Assembly (NCBI GenBank): GCA_021811225.1
Contig: JAJZPJ010000001.1
Coordinates: 1 to 51,518, forward strand
Direction: 5' to 3'
DNA from: Pseudomonadota bacterium
GTDB lineage: Bacteria; Pseudomonadota; Gammaproteobacteria; Burkholderiales; Rhodocyclaceae
DNA: 51,518 nt
The position numbers and the translations under genes were made by a program. This document shows positions 31,615-42,468 of the stretch, piece after piece (within the stretch, counting starts at the first letter, position 1; every line of letters begins with the position of its first letter). The notes beneath the pieces are model-generated. The model had not been told where the DNA came from and ran no database searches. It saw nothing but the letters and a program-made list of their open reading frames with translations.

Positions 31615-32087
31615 AGTTCGCGACGCTACTGGCCTGCGCGGCGACCGCCATGCTCCTCGCCGGCTGCGGCAACGACTCGACTTCCTACCTGATCGACGGC
31701 GCCGATCGCAGTCTGACGCTGTCGCGCGTGCAGCCCTATTTCTGGAGCAGCGCCTGGGACCTCTCGCTGGTCACCACCGGCCTGCCCGACTGCATGCGCC
31801 GCCATCGGCTGAAGCCCGCGGGCATGGACGGTTTCAAGGTCGAACTGTTCCGTACCCCGGATGATCGCTACCTCCTGAAACAGGGCGGCAACTGGTACGT
31901 CACCGAAACCCGGACGTGCCGGCTGCAGCAGTTCCAGACGCCGCCTGCCGAACCCGGGGAGCGCTTGGGGGCATTCGAGCTCAAGGACGAGCATCTGCAG
32001 TTCGTTGCCGCGCCCAAGTCCGCCGCGCCGCCGTCACCGCCAGCACAGACGTCCGCTGCAGCGCCTGCCGTCCCTGCGGCCCCCTGA
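31611..32087 (+). CDS. hypothetical lipoprotein with a Pro/Ala-rich tail
   Basis: ATGA overlap with pyrC. The signal peptide carries the lipobox LLAGC. Confidence 0.68.
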   Translation: MKFATLLACAATAMLLAGCGNDSTSYLIDGADRSLTLSRVQPYFWSSAWDLSLVTTGLPDCMRRHRLKPAGMDGFKVELFRTPDDRYLLKQGGNWYVTETRTCRLQQFQTPPAEPGERLGAFELKDEHLQFVAAPKSAAPPSPPAQTSAAAPAVPAAP

Positions 32088-32090
32088 GCC

Positions 32091-32882
32091 GTGTTGACCG
32101 GATTCGCCGCCCGAGCCCTCTACGCGCCGCTGGCGCCCGCTTTGTCCGCTTTGTCCGCCCTGGCCGACGCCGGCCGGCCGCCCGACTGCGTTGTTCTGAA
32201 TCGCCTGGCCGCCGCGCACGATCTCAGGAGCGGCGGCGGCGCCCCGTTGCGCTTCGTCGTCCCCGGCGCCAGCGGCCTGGCCTACGAGGAGCGCATCTAT
32301 TGGCTGGGCGAGGTGGAGACCCGGCCGGGCAACTGGCACGACGGCTTCAACGCGCTGGTCTGGCTCGCCTACCCGAAGACCAAGGCGGCACTCAATGCGC
32401 GCCACCATTTCGCTTCTGCCGGCGGCAATGCGCGGCGCGGCCCGCTGCGCGATGCGCTGACCCAGTTCGACGAATGCGGCGCCGCGGTGGTGTCCAGCCG
32501 TCTCGATCTGTGGGAAGAGATCCGCGCCCACCGCTGGAAGGAAGTGTTCTGGTCGCGCCGGGCCGAAGTCATCAGCGCTCTGCGGGTGTATGTCTTCGGC
32601 CACGCCAGCTTCGACATGCTGCGCACGCCGCATCTGGGCCTGTGCGCCAAGGCGCTGTTCCTGCACGTCGATCACGACTGGTTCGCGGCGCCGCCGGCGG
32701 CGCAGCTCGCGGACGTCGATGCGCGGATGGCGCAGCGCTTCGCCGGCGACTTTTCGCCGCGTCCGCGCGACTTCCAGCCCCTGCCGCTGCTGGGCATCCC
32801 GGGCGCCACGGCCGACAACGAAGCCCCCGCCTACTACGACGATCGCCGCCAGTTCCGGCCGCTGCGGCTGATACAATCCTGA
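32091..32882 (+). CDS. DUF3025-domain protein
   Basis: GTG start. RPGNWHDGFNALVWLAYPKTKAALNARH is the motif I associate with DUF3025 proteins, which commonly sit next to pyrC in beta/gamma-proteobacteria (from memory). Confidence 0.7.
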   Translation: MLTGFAARALYAPLAPALSALSALADAGRPPDCVVLNRLAAAHDLRSGGGAPLRFVVPGASGLAYEERIYWLGEVETRPGNWHDGFNALVWLAYPKTKAALNARHHFASAGGNARRGPLRDALTQFDECGAAVVSSRLDLWEEIRAHRWKEVFWSRRAEVISALRVYVFGHASFDMLRTPHLGLCAKALFLHVDHDWFAAPPAAQLADVDARMAQRFAGDFSPRPRDFQPLPLLGIPGATADNEAPAYYDDRRQFRPLRLIQS

Positions 32883-32884
32883 GC

Positions 32885-33337
32885 GGAAGTCCGCCAGGCA
32901 GCCGCTGGGCGCGCAAGCGCCTGGAGGAAAGTCCGGGCCCCGCAGAGCAGGATGCCGGCTAACGGCCGGGCGCTATAAGCCGCGGCTCAGGTTTCAACTG
33001 AGTTGCGGCCCAAGGCGACGGAAAGTGCAACAGAAAGATACCGCCGATGGCCCGGGACTTCGCCGCCGCAAGGCGGCAAAGTCCCTTTAGGAGAGTAGGG
33101 GGTCGGAAGACCCTCGAATCTCCGGGCACAGGCAAGGGTGAAATGGCGAGGTAAGAGCTCACCGCGGACGTGGCAACACGGACGGCACGGCAAACCCCAT
33201 CCGGGGCAAGGCCAAATAGGGAAGCGATGGCGCTGCTCGCGCCGCTTCCGGGTAGGCTGCTAGAGCCCGTCGGCAACGGCGGGCCCAGAGGAATGGCTGC
33301 CCACGACAGAACCCGGCTTATCGGCGGGCTTCCAATC
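32885..33337 (+). ncRNA. rnpB: RNase P RNA, bacterial type A
   Basis: The 5' end GGAAGTCCGCC pairs with the 3' end GGCGGGCTTCC (helix P1). The universally conserved P4 strands GGAGGAAAGTCCGGGC and ACAGAACCCGGCTTATCGG are present, together with GTGCAACAGAAAG, GGTAAGAGC, CAAGGCCAAATAGGG and GGGTAGGCTGCT, collinear with E. coli M1 RNA. Confidence 0.92.
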
Positions 33338-33490
33338 TGTCCGAGGCAGGAATTCCCTTTCAGATGCCCGCTCCCCGGGCACTTCAAATAAGTAACTTTA
33401 GCTTTTAATTCTATCCCTATTGTTTTTCAAAGGATTCTTGTTTTTGTGCCATAAGTGCTTGTCAGCACAAGAAAAAACACCGTTTTTTCC

Positions 33491-33519
33491 TTGACCCTCG
33501 AAAGAATATCCTCTACAGT
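33491..33519 (+). promoter_or_regulatory. candidate sigma-70 promoter of the dcw operon (Pmra)
   Basis: TTGACC (33491-33496), a 17-nt spacer, then TACAGT (33514-33519). An AT-rich region lies upstream, and mraZ starts about 70 nt downstream. Confidence 0.55.
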
Positions 33520-33542
33520 GGGAATAAGTGGGGAAATGTGGG
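33518..33542 (+). promoter_or_regulatory. MraZ operator: three GTGGG direct repeats at 10-bp periodicity
   Basis: GTGGG occurs at 33518, 33528 and 33538 (GTGGGAATAA GTGGGGAAAT GTGGGAAAAG). This is the arrangement described for MraZ boxes upstream of E. coli mraZ. Confidence 0.7.
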
Positions 33543-33587
33543 AAAAGGGTTCCGGATCCGGTCTCCCACGGCGAAAAAGGGGGAGGC

Positions 33588-34034
33588 ATGTTCCAGGGGG
33601 CGGCGCAACTGAATCTCGATGCCAAGGGGCGCATGGCGATCCCCGCGCGGCATCGCGATGCGTTGCTGGCGCCGGCCGAAGGCCGTCTGGTCATGACCGC
33701 CCATCCGCACCGCTGTCTGCTGCTCTATCCGGCGCCGGCCTGGGAGCCGATCCGCGCCAAGATCCTGGCCGCCCCGAGCCTCGAGACCCAGTCCGCGATG
33801 CTGCGCCGCCTGCTGGTCGGCTTCGCCGCCGACAGCGAGATGGATGCCGCCGGCAGGCTGCTGGTGCCGCCCGAACTGCGGCGCTACGCGGCGCTGGAGA
33901 AAGAGGTGTGGCTGGTGGGGCAGGGCAGCCATTTCGAGATCTGGAGCGACGCGGGCTGGCGCGAGCAGCAGGAGGCGATCTTCGCGCTCGGCGACAAGCT
34001 GCTGCCACCCGGCCTGGAGAGTCTGACGTTGTGA
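33588..34034 (+). CDS. mraZ: transcriptional regulator MraZ
   Basis: [26 protein letters not shown] with two SpoVT/AbrB-like repeats. ATG 33588 follows GGGGGAGG. Confidence 0.95.
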   Translation: MFQGAAQLNLDAKGRMAIPARHRDALLAPAEGRLVMTAHPHRCLLLYPAPAWEPIRAKILAAPSLETQSAMLRRLLVGFAADSEMDAAGRLLVPPELRRYAALEKEVWLVGQGSHFEIWSDAGWREQQEAIFALGDKLLPPGLESLTL

Positions 34035-34978
34035 GTCCCGGGTCGGCCCGGGAACACCAGAGCGTGTTGCTCGCCGAGGCGGTGGCGGCGTTGGCGGTGA
34101 AACCCGACGGGGTTTATGTCGATGCCACCTTCGGCCGCGGCGGTCACAGCCGGGAAATATTGGCGCGTCTCTCGGCGCGCGGCCGGCTGCTGGCAATGGA
34201 TCGCGACCCGGCGGCGATCGCCGCCGGACAGGCGATAGACGATGTCCGCTTCACCCTGGTGCACGCGGCATTCGGGGCGATCGGAGAGGTGTTGGACGGG
34301 CAGGGCGTGGAACGGGTGGATGGCGTGCTGCTCGACCTGGGCGTGTCGTCGCCGCAACTGGACGATGCGGGGCGCGGCTTCAGTTTCCGCCACGACGCGC
34401 CGCTCGACATGAGGATGGATACCAGCCGCGGCGAAACTGCCGCGCAATGGCTGGAGCGGGCTTCACAAACCGAGATAGAAGGGGTGATCAAAGACTATGG
34501 GGAAGAACGGTTTGCTCATGCGATTGCAGAGGCGCTTGTTGCTGCTAGGCGCGAATGCCGTGTTTCAACCACGCGACAATTTGCCGCGCTCGTGGAAAAG
34601 GCCGTCCGCACACGCGAGCCGGGCAAGCATCCGGCGACGCGCAGCTTTCAAGCTCTACGGATTCACGTCAATCAGGAGCTTGAGGAGCTGTCGCTAGCGC
34701 TGCCTCAGTGCGCCGCGCGACTCGCGTCCGGAGGACGGTTGGTGGTGATCAGTTTTCATTCGCTCGAAGACCGCATCGTCAAGCGTTTCCTGCGCGAGCG
34801 GTCGCAGCCGGCCGCCCTCCCGGCCCGGCTGCCGGTGCGTGCCGCCGAGCTGCCGGTCCCGACGCTGCGCCTGGTGGGCAAGGCGGTGCGCGCGAGTGCC
34901 GCGGAAATATCCGCCAATCCACGCGCCAGGAGCGCGGTGATGCGCGTGGCTGAGAAACGATGCTGCGCGCAAACCTGA
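34031..34978 (+). CDS. rsmH: 16S rRNA (cytosine1402-N4)-methyltransferase
   Basis: The GTG start overlaps the mraZ stop. [57 protein letters not shown]. Confidence 0.95.
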   Translation: MSPGSAREHQSVLLAEAVAALAVKPDGVYVDATFGRGGHSREILARLSARGRLLAMDRDPAAIAAGQAIDDVRFTLVHAAFGAIGEVLDGQGVERVDGVLLDLGVSSPQLDDAGRGFSFRHDAPLDMRMDTSRGETAAQWLERASQTEIEGVIKDYGEERFAHAIAEALVAARRECRVSTTRQFAALVEKAVRTREPGKHPATRSFQALRIHVNQELEELSLALPQCAARLASGGRLVVISFHSLEDRIVKRFLRERSQPAALPARLPVRAAELPVPTLRLVGKAVRASAAEISANPRARSAVMRVAEKRCCAQT

Positions 34979-35226
34979 TCCTGATCCTGTTCGTGGTCGC
35001 CAGCGCGCTGGGCACGGTGACCTCGAATTATCGCGCCCGCAGGTTGTTTACCGCCCTCGAACAGGCGCAGGTGCGCATGCACAGCCTGGATGTGGAATGG
35101 GGGCAGCTGCAGCTGGAGCAGAGCACCTGGGCCGCCCCCGCCCGGGTCGAGAAGATCGCCCGCGACCAGTTGCACATGAAACAGCCGGCCGCCGATCAGG
35201 TCATCACCGTCGAAGACGCGAAATGA
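34960..35226 (+). CDS. ftsL: cell division protein FtsL
   Basis: 88 aa with one N-terminal helix followed by a coiled coil, in the position between rsmH and ftsI. Confidence 0.9.
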   Translation: MLRANLILILFVVASALGTVTSNYRARRLFTALEQAQVRMHSLDVEWGQLQLEQSTWAAPARVEKIARDQLHMKQPAADQVITVEDAK

Positions 35227-36953
35227 AATTCGCCAACAGCCCACTGCTCTCCCAGCGTCTGCCTTCCTGGCGCTCGCGGCTGCTGCTGCTGTGCATCCTG
35301 GCCGGCTTCGCGGTCCTGGCCGGCTGGTCGATCTATCTGCAGGGATTCAATAGCGCCTTCCTGCAGGAGAAGGGGGCGCAACGCTATTCCCGGGTGATCG
35401 AGCTGCCGGCCACGCGCGGACGGATTCTCGACCGCAACGGCCAGGTGCTGGCGGTGTCGACGCCGGTGAAGTCGATCTGGGCCATCCCCGAGGACGCCAA
35501 GCTGCAGCCGGCGCAGGTGAATCAACTGGCGAAGCTGCTGGAGATGGAGCCGCGCGAAGTGGATCGCAAGCTCGCCGACAGCCACGACTTCGTCTACCTC
35601 AAGCGGCAGATTCCGCCCGATGTCGCGGCCAGAATCCTCGCTCTCGATCTGCCCGGCATCCACGACCAGACGGAGTACCGCCGCTATTATCCGACCGGCG
35701 ACGTCACCGCCCATATCCTGGGCTTCACCGGCGCCGGCGACGTCGGCCTGGAAGGGGTCGAACTGGCCTACCAGTCCGTTCTCGCCGGCAAATCCGGCAG
35801 CCGCCGCGTCATCAAGGACCGGCGCGGCGACGTGGTCGAGGACGTCGATTCGATCCGGCCGCCGCGGGACGGCAAGGACGTGGTGCTGGCGCTCGACGAC
35901 CGGATCCAGTACCTCGCCTACGCCAACCTGCGCCGCGCGGTGATCGACAACAAGGCCAAGGCGGGCAGCATCGTGGTGCTCGACGCCAGGACCGGGGAAG
36001 TGCTGGCGCTGGCCAACATGCCCACCTACAACCCGAACAACCGCACCCGGCTGACCGGCGCGCAGCTGAGGAATCGCGCGCTGACCGACACCTTCGAGCC
36101 CGGCTCGACGATGAAGCCCTTCACCATCGCGCTGGCGCTGGACAAGGGCAAGTTCCGCTTCGACAGCCGCATCCAGACCGCGCCCGGCTGGTTCACCATC
36201 GGCACCGCGACGATCCACGATTCCGAGCCGCACGGCATCCTGACGGTGGCCCAGGTGATCCAGAAATCATCGAACATCGGCGCCGCCAAGATCGCCCTCA
36301 CCCTGCCGCCGGAAGAGATGTGGCACAACTTCGAGCGGCTCGGTTTCGGCCACCCGCTGAATCTCGGCTTTCCCGGCGAGGTCGGCGGCCGGGTGCGGCC
36401 GTACCAGCACTGGCGGCCGATCGAGCAGGCCACGATGGCCTACGGCAACGGCATCTCGGTGACCCTGATGCAGCTCGCCCACGCCTATCTGGTGTTCGCC
36501 CGCAACGGCGATCTCATACCCTTGTCGCTGACCAAGCTGGATTCGCCGCCGCTCTTCGGCAAGCAGATTTTCACCGAGCAGACCGCGCACGAAGTGCGGG
36601 CGATGCTGGAAATGGTCGAGGAGCCGGGCGGCACGGCGCCCAAGGCGCGGGTCGCCGGCTATCTGGTCGCCGGCAAGACCGGTACCGCGCACAAGGTGGA
36701 GGGCGGCATCTACGTCAATCGCTACGTCGCCAGCTATGTCGGTTTCGCGCCGGCGACCGATCCGCGCCTGGTGATCGCGGTGATGATCAACGAGCCCAGC
36801 GCCGGCAGCTATTACGGCGGCGACGTCGCCGCGCCGGTCTTTGCCAAGGTGATGGCGGGCAGCCTGCGCGACCTGGGCGTCGCGCCCGACGAGCCGCCGC
36901 AGTCGTTGCAGGCGCTGGGCCAGAACGCCCCCGCGGTCAAGGAGGGCACATGA
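35223..36953 (+). CDS. ftsI: peptidoglycan D,D-transpeptidase FtsI (PBP3)
   Basis: ATGA overlap with ftsL. RGRILDRNG, the active-site motif STMKP, SSN and KTGT. Confidence 0.95.
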   Translation: MKFANSPLLSQRLPSWRSRLLLLCILAGFAVLAGWSIYLQGFNSAFLQEKGAQRYSRVIELPATRGRILDRNGQVLAVSTPVKSIWAIPEDAKLQPAQVNQLAKLLEMEPREVDRKLADSHDFVYLKRQIPPDVAARILALDLPGIHDQTEYRRYYPTGDVTAHILGFTGAGDVGLEGVELAYQSVLAGKSGSRRVIKDRRGDVVEDVDSIRPPRDGKDVVLALDDRIQYLAYANLRRAVIDNKAKAGSIVVLDARTGEVLALANMPTYNPNNRTRLTGAQLRNRALTDTFEPGSTMKPFTIALALDKGKFRFDSRIQTAPGWFTIGTATIHDSEPHGILTVAQVIQKSSNIGAAKIALTLPPEEMWHNFERLGFGHPLNLGFPGEVGGRVRPYQHWRPIEQATMAYGNGISVTLMQLAHAYLVFARNGDLIPLSLTKLDSPPLFGKQIFTEQTAHEVRAMLEMVEEPGGTAPKARVAGYLVAGKTGTAHKVEGGIYVNRYVASYVGFAPATDPRLVIAVMINEPSAGSYYGGDVAAPVFAKVMAGSLRDLGVAPDEPPQSLQALGQNAPAVKEGT

Positions 36954-38467
36954 GCGGCGCGCAGTCCGTCGCAGACGAGCTCAAAAGACGGGGCGTGGCT
37001 CTGACCGGGATCTGCGCCGATTCGCGCCAGTTGAGGGCGGGCGAGGTCTTCGTCGCCCTGTCCGGGGTTCACGGCGACGGCCGCGCGCACATCGACGAGG
37101 CGCTGGCGCGCGGCGCCGCGGCGGTGCTTTGGGAGGACGACGGCCACTACGACGCCCACTCCGCCTGTCCGGCGCTCGCCGTGCCCGCGCTCGGCGTCAG
37201 GGGCCTGCGCGCCCTGTCCGGGGCCATCGCCGATCTGGTCTATGGCCGGGCTGCCGCGCGACTGCGGCTCATCGGGGTCACCGGCACCAACGGCAAGACC
37301 TCGGTGAGCCAGTGGATCGCGCAGGCGATGAGCCTGCTGGGCAGGCCCTGCGCCGTGATCGGTACGCTGGGCAGCGGCTTTCCGGGGGCGATGCAGGCGG
37401 GCATCAACACCACGCCCGATCTGCTCGGCCTGCGCCGCACGCTCTCGGCTCTGGCGGACGCCGGGGCCGAGGCTTGCGCCCTCGAAGCCTCCTCGATCGG
37501 ACTGGTCGAAGGGCGGGTCGCGGGTCTGGAATTCGCCGTCGCGGTGTTCACCAATCTCAGCCGCGACCACCTCGACTACCACGCCGACATGGCCGAGTAC
37601 GGCGACGCCAAGGCGCGGCTCTTCGCCGCGCCGGGGCTCGAGAGCGCGGTGCTCAATCTCGACGACGAATTCGGCAGGACGCTCTGCGCCCGGCTCTCCG
37701 GCAGCGGCGTGCGCCGCCTGGGCTACACCCTGGGTCCGGCGGATCGTCTGGCGGGTCTGGCGGAGGAAATTCTCGCGGCCGAGGATCTCCGGATCACCGG
37801 CGGCGGCATTCACTTCACAGCGCACTTCACCGCGCGCGGCGGCGAGAGCCGGGCGCGAGTCGAGGCGCGTCTGCACGGCCGCTTCAATGCCGCCAATCTG
37901 CTCGCGGTGCTGGGCGCGCTGGTCGCTTCGGGCTATCCGCTATCCGCGGCGGCTGCGGTGCTGGCGCAACTGACGCCGCCGCCGGGAAGGATGCAGGCGG
38001 TGAGCGAGGGTCGGGACGAGCCGCTGGTGGTGGTCGATTACGCCCATAGCCCCGATGCGCTGGAGCAGGCGCTGACCACGCTGCGCGAAGTGGCCGCGGC
38101 GCGCGGCGGCAGGCTCGTCTGCCTGTTCGGCTGCGGCGGCCAGCGCGATGCCGGCAAGCGCCCGCTGATGGGCGCGGTGGCCGAACGCCTGGCCGACCGG
38201 GTGCTGCTCGCCAACGACAATCCGCGCGCCGAGGACCCTCAGGCGATCATCGACGACATCCTGCAAGGCATGAAGAGCGCCCCGCGGGTCGAGCCGGATC
38301 GTGCCGCCGCGATCCGGCTGGCGGTGCTGACGGCCGCGGCGCGGGACGTGGTGCTGCTCGCCGGCAAGGGGCACGAGTCCTACCAGGAGCTCGGCTGCAC
38401 CCGCCTGCCCTTCTCCGATCTCGAACAGGCGCAGCGGGCGTTGTCGGCCCGGAGGAGTGAACGATGA
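36950..38467 (+). CDS. murE: UDP-N-acetylmuramoyl-L-alanyl-D-glutamate--2,6-diaminopimelate ligase
   Basis: ATGA overlap with ftsI. GVTGTNGKTS, and DNPR near the C-terminus. Confidence 0.95.
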   Translation: MSGAQSVADELKRRGVALTGICADSRQLRAGEVFVALSGVHGDGRAHIDEALARGAAAVLWEDDGHYDAHSACPALAVPALGVRGLRALSGAIADLVYGRAAARLRLIGVTGTNGKTSVSQWIAQAMSLLGRPCAVIGTLGSGFPGAMQAGINTTPDLLGLRRTLSALADAGAEACALEASSIGLVEGRVAGLEFAVAVFTNLSRDHLDYHADMAEYGDAKARLFAAPGLESAVLNLDDEFGRTLCARLSGSGVRRLGYTLGPADRLAGLAEEILAAEDLRITGGGIHFTAHFTARGGESRARVEARLHGRFNAANLLAVLGALVASGYPLSAAAAVLAQLTPPPGRMQAVSEGRDEPLVVVDYAHSPDALEQALTTLREVAAARGGRLVCLFGCGGQRDAGKRPLMGAVAERLADRVLLANDNPRAEDPQAIIDDILQGMKSAPRVEPDRAAAIRLAVLTAAARDVVLLAGKGHESYQELGCTRLPFSDLEQAQRALSARRSER

Positions 38468-39903
38468 TGACGCTAGCAGCGGCGGCACAGGCTACGGGCG
38501 GCGAGTTGGCGAACTGCGACGCGCAAGGCAGCTTCGTCGGCGTGTGCACCGACAGCCGCAGCGTCAAAGCCGGCGAACTGTTCATCGCCCTGAGAGGGGA
38601 AAATTTCGACGGTCATGACTATGTCGTCGCGGCGCTGGGGGCGGGCGCGGCGGCGGCGATGGTCGAGGCGAAGTGGGTCGCGGAGTTTGCCCGGCGCACC
38701 AGGACGGAAGCCAAGGGAGGGCCGCTGCCGCTGCTCGTCGTGGCCGATACCCGGCTGGCGCTGGGCAGGCTCGCCGCATACTGGCGCGGCCGCTTCGAAC
38801 TGCCGCTGATCGCCGTCACCGGCAGCAACGGCAAGACCACGGTCAAGGAAATGTGCGCCGCCATCCTGAGGGCGCAGGCGCGCGCCGCCGGCCTGGATCC
38901 GGCCGGTGCGGTGCTGGCCACCGCGGGCAATCTCAACAACGACATCGGCATGCCGCTGACCCTGCTCAAGCTGAATGCCGGCCACCGCGCCGCGGTGATC
39001 GAGATGGGCATGAACCATCCGGGCGAGATCGACTACCTGACGAACATCGCGCGTCCCAGCGTCGCCGTCGTCACCAACGCCCAGCGCGCCCATCTCGCCG
39101 GACTGGGCAGCATCAAGGCGGTGGCGCAGGCCAAGGGCGAGATCTTCGCCGGACTGATCGATGCCGGCACCGCGGTGATCAACGACGACGACGCTCACGC
39201 CGCGCTCTGGCGCGAGCTGGCCGGCAGCCACCGCATCATCGGCTTCTCGCTGGAGGGCGCCGCGGGTTCAGGAGCGAAGGTCACCGGGGAACTCGGCCAC
39301 CGCGCCTTCGGCAGCCGGCTGCAACTATCGACGCCGGCCGGTGCGGCGGCGGTCGAACTGCGCTTGCCCGGGCGTCACAACGCCGCCAATGCGCTGGCGG
39401 CGACGGCGGCCTGCCTCGCCGCCGGGGCGGATCTCGCCGCCGTGGTCGCCGGCTTGTCCGGCTATGCCGGCGCCAAGGGCCGACTGCAGCGCCGAGCGGC
39501 GATGAATGCCGCGACGCTGATCGACGACAGCTACAACGCCAATCCCGACTCGATGCGCGCCGCCATCGACGTGCTGGCGGCGCTGCCGGGAAAGAAGATC
39601 CTGGTCATCGGCGACATGGGCGAGATCGGCGCCGCGGCGGCCCAGTTCCACGACGAGATCGGCGGCTACGCCAAGAGCATGGGCATAGACCGGCTGCTGG
39701 CGGTGGGCGAGCAGACGGCCACCGCGGTGCGCAACTTCGACGGCGGCGGCAGCCATTTCAAGAACGTGACGGCGCTGATCGAGAGCCTGCGGCGGCTGCT
39801 CGACGCGGATACGACGGTGCTGGTCAAGGGCTCGCGCTTCATGAAGATGGAGCGCGTGGTCGATGCCATCGCGGCACAGGAAGGGGAATCCGATGTTGCT
39901 TGA
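38464..39903 (+). CDS. murF: UDP-N-acetylmuramoyl-tripeptide--D-alanyl-D-alanine ligase
   Basis: ATGA overlap with mur[44 protein letters not shown]. Confidence 0.95.
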   Translation: MMTLAAAAQATGGELANCDAQGSFVGVCTDSRSVKAGELFIALRGENFDGHDYVVAALGAGAAAAMVEAKWVAEFARRTRTEAKGGPLPLLVVADTRLALGRLAAYWRGRFELPLIAVTGSNGKTTVKEMCAAILRAQARAAGLDPAGAVLATAGNLNNDIGMPLTLLKLNAGHRAAVIEMGMNHPGEIDYLTNIARPSVAVVTNAQRAHLAGLGSIKAVAQAKGEIFAGLIDAGTAVINDDDAHAALWRELAGSHRIIGFSLEGAAGSGAKVTGELGHRAFGSRLQLSTPAGAAAVELRLPGRHNAANALAATAACLAAGADLAAVVAGLSGYAGAKGRLQRRAAMNAATLIDDSYNANPDSMRAAIDVLAALPGKKILVIGDMGEIGAAAAQFHDEIGGYAKSMGIDRLLAVGEQTATAVRNFDGGGSHFKNVTALIESLRRLLDADTTVLVKGSRFMKMERVVDAIAAQEGESDVA

Positions 39904-41047
39904 ACTCACCCAGTGGCTGGCGAAGGACGTCCGCGCCTTCAACGTCTTCGCCTACATCACGCTGCGCGCGGTGCTGGCCACCCTGACCTCGCTGATCATT
40001 TCCTTCATCTTCGGCCCGATGCTGATCCGCTGGCTCACCGCCAAGAAGATCGGCCAGGCGGTGCGCGACGACGGCCCGCAGAGCCATCTCATCAAGGCCG
40101 GGACGCCGACCATGGGCGGCGCCCTGATCCTGATCTCGATGACCGTGAGCACCTTGTTGTGGAGCGAGCTCAACAACCGCTTCGTCTGGATCGTGCTGGC
40201 GGTGACGCTCGGTTTCGGCGTGATCGGCTGGGTGGACGACTGGCGCAAGGTGGTGCATGGCAATCCCAAGGGGCTGTCGGCCCGGAAGAAGTTCTTCTGG
40301 CAGTCGGCGATCGGCCTGATCGCCGCCGTGTATCTGGCCTTCTCGGTGTCGGCCCACGACAACACGCGCTTCATCGACCTGTTCTGGGCCTGGCTGCAAA
40401 GCGGCTTCAGCATCCATCTGCCGGCCCGGGCCGACCTGATCGTGCCCTTCTTCAAGAGCGTGTCCTATCCGCTCGGCGTCTTCGGCTTCATCGCGCTCAC
40501 CTACTTCGTCATCGTCGGCACCAGCAACGCGGTGAATCTCACCGATGGCCTGGACGGCCTGGCGATCATGCCGACGGTGATGGTCGGCGCGGCGCTGGGC
40601 ATCTTCGCCTACGTCGCCGGCCACGCCGGCTATTCCAAGTACCTGCTGCTGCCGTTCATTCCCGGCGCCGGCGAGCTGACGGTGTTCTGCGGCGCGCTGG
40701 TCGGCGCGGGCCTGGGCTTCCTCTGGTTCAACGCCTATCCGGCCGAGGTGTTCATGGGCGACGTCGGCGCGCTGGCGCTGGGCGCCGCGCTGGGCACGGT
40801 GGCGGTGATCGTGCGCCAGGAGATCCTGCTGTTCATCATGGGCGGCGTGTTCGTCGCCGAGACCCTGTCGGTGATGCTGCAGGTGCTGTACTTCAAGTGG
40901 TCGGGCGGCAAGCGCATCTTCCGCATGGCGCCCCTGCACCACCACTACGAGCTGTCCGGCTGGAAGGAGACCCAGATCGTGGTCCGCTTCTGGATCATCA
41001 CCATCATGCTGGTGCTGTTCGGCCTGTCGACGCTGAAGATACGATGA
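39893..41047 (+). CDS. mraY: phospho-N-acetylmuramoyl-pentapeptide transferase
   Basis: [53 protein letters not shown]. Confidence 0.96.
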   Translation: MLLELTQWLAKDVRAFNVFAYITLRAVLATLTSLIISFIFGPMLIRWLTAKKIGQAVRDDGPQSHLIKAGTPTMGGALILISMTVSTLLWSELNNRFVWIVLAVTLGFGVIGWVDDWRKVVHGNPKGLSARKKFFWQSAIGLIAAVYLAFSVSAHDNTRFIDLFWAWLQSGFSIHLPARADLIVPFFKSVSYPLGVFGFIALTYFVIVGTSNAVNLTDGLDGLAIMPTVMVGAALGIFAYVAGHAGYSKYLLLPFIPGAGELTVFCGALVGAGLGFLWFNAYPAEVFMGDVGALALGAALGTVAVIVRQEILLFIMGGVFVAETLSVMLQVLYFKWSGGKRIFRMAPLHHHYELSGWKETQIVVRFWIITIMLVLFGLSTLKIR

Positions 41048-42468
41048 CGCTCTCGGGCAAACGGGTACTCGTTCTCGGCCTGGGCGAATCCGGGCTGGCG
41101 ATGGCGCGCTGGTGCCAGCGCCAGGGCGCGCGCGTGCGCGTCGCCGACACGCGGCAGGCGCCGCCGGCGCTGGCGCAGCTGCAGGGCAGCGTACCCTCGG
41201 CCCGGTTCGTTCCCGGCGACTTCATCCGCAACCCGGACAAGGCCCTGCTCGAGGGCGTCGATCTGGTCGCGCTCTCGCCCGGGCTCTCGGGCGGCTCCCT
41301 GCTGCTGATCGAAGCGCAAGCCCGCGGCATCCCGGTGCTAGGCGAGATCGAACTGTTCGCGCAGGCGCTGCGCGGCCCGGCCGGGCGCGGCGAGGACCAG
41401 GGACAAAGCCGGGTGATCGCGATCACCGGCACCAACGGCAAGACCACGACCACGGCGCTGACCGCGCACCTGTGCCGCGCCGCGGGCCGGGACGCGGAGG
41501 CCGCCGGCAACATCTCGCCCTCGGCGCTCACCGCGCTGATGGCGCGTCTGGACGAGGGCCGCCTGCCCGACGTGTGGGTGCTGGAACTGTCGAGCTTCCA
41601 GCTGGAGACGACGTCTTCGCTCGACGCCGATGCGGCGACGGTGCTCAACATCAGCGAGGACCACCTCGACCGCTACATCGACCTCGACGACTACGCCAGC
41701 GCCAAGGCGCGCATCTTCCAGGGGAGCGGCGCGCAGGCGCTGAACCGGCAGGATGCCTACGTGCGGAGGATGGCGCTGCCCGGTCGACGGCTCGTGAGCT
41801 TCGGTCTCGACGCGCCGGGAATGAGCGAGGATTTCGGCCTGCGCGTGAAGGGGGGCGAGCCCTGGCTGGTGCAAGGCGAACGCACCCTGCTGGCGCAGTC
41901 GGCGCTGCCCCTCGCCGGTCTGCACAACGCCGCCAACGCGCTGGCGGCCTTGGCGCTGTGCCACGCCATCGGCCTGCCGCTATCCCGGCTGGTCGAAGGC
42001 CTGAAGAGCTTCAAGGGTCTGCCGCACCGCGTCGAGAAGATCGCCGAGCTCGGTCTCGTGAATTATTTCGACGATTCCAAGGGCACCAACGTCGGCGCCA
42101 CGGTCGCGGCGCTCGCCGGACTCGGCGGCGAGAGGGAGGGCGGCAAGATCGTCCTGATCGCGGGCGGCGAGGGCAAGGGTCAGGATTTCACGCCGCTCGC
42201 CGCTGCGGTCAAGCAACACGCCCGGGCCGTGGTGCTGATCGGCCGGGATGCGCCGCTGATGGCGGCGGCGATCGCACCCGCCGGCGTGCCCATCGTCGCT
42301 GCCGCGGACATGGGAGCGGCGGTGCGCGCCGCTGCCGCCGCGGCCCGGCCGGGCGACGCGGTGCTGCTCTCGCCGGCCTGCGCCAGCTTCGACATGTATC
42401 GCAATTACGTCCACCGCGCCGAGGTCTTCGTCGCCGCGGTGAATGCTCTGGCGGGAGCGGCCGCATGA
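41044..42468 (+). CDS. murD: UDP-N-acetylmuramoylalanine--D-glutamate ligase
   Basis: ATGA overlap with mra[23 protein letters not shown]. Confidence 0.95.
   Translation: MTLSGKRVLVLGLGESGLAMARWCQRQGARVRVADTRQAPPALAQLQGSVPSARFVPGDFIRNPDKALLEGVDLVALSPGLSGGSLLLIEAQARGIPVLGEIELFAQALRGPAGRGEDQGQSRVIAITGTNGKTTTTALTAHLCRAAGRDAEAAGNISPSALTALMARLDEGRLPDVWVLELSSFQLETTSSLDADAATVLNISEDHLDRYIDLDDYASAKARIFQGSGAQALNRQDAYVRRMALPGRRLVSFGLDAPGMSEDFGLRVKGGEPWLVQGERTLLAQSALPLAGLHNAANALAALALCHAIGLPLSRLVEGLKSFKGLPHRVEKIAELGLVNYFDDSKGTNVGATVAALAGLGGEREGGKIVLIAGGEGKGQDFTPLAAAVKQHARAVVLIGRDAPLMAAAIAPAGVPIVAAADMGAAVRAAAAAARPGDAVLLSPACASFDMYRNYVHRAEVFVAAVNALAGAAA

Noticed and set aside
33398-33490. Terminator for rnpB (TGCCCG-CTCCC-CGGGCA at about 33372-33388, and GTGCT-TGTC-AGCAC at about 33456-33469).
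   Set aside because: The stems are only 5-6 bp and neither is followed directly by a T-tract. There is not enough evidence to annotate either.
39913-42468. 851-aa and 834-aa ORFs (39913-42468 and 41112-43616) that look like giant fusion proteins in the dcw cluster.
   Set aside because: Their N-terminal halves are out-of-frame read-through of mraY and murD. The recognisable MurD and FtsW sequences begin at internal ATGs (41044 and 42465) that overlap the upstream stop codons.
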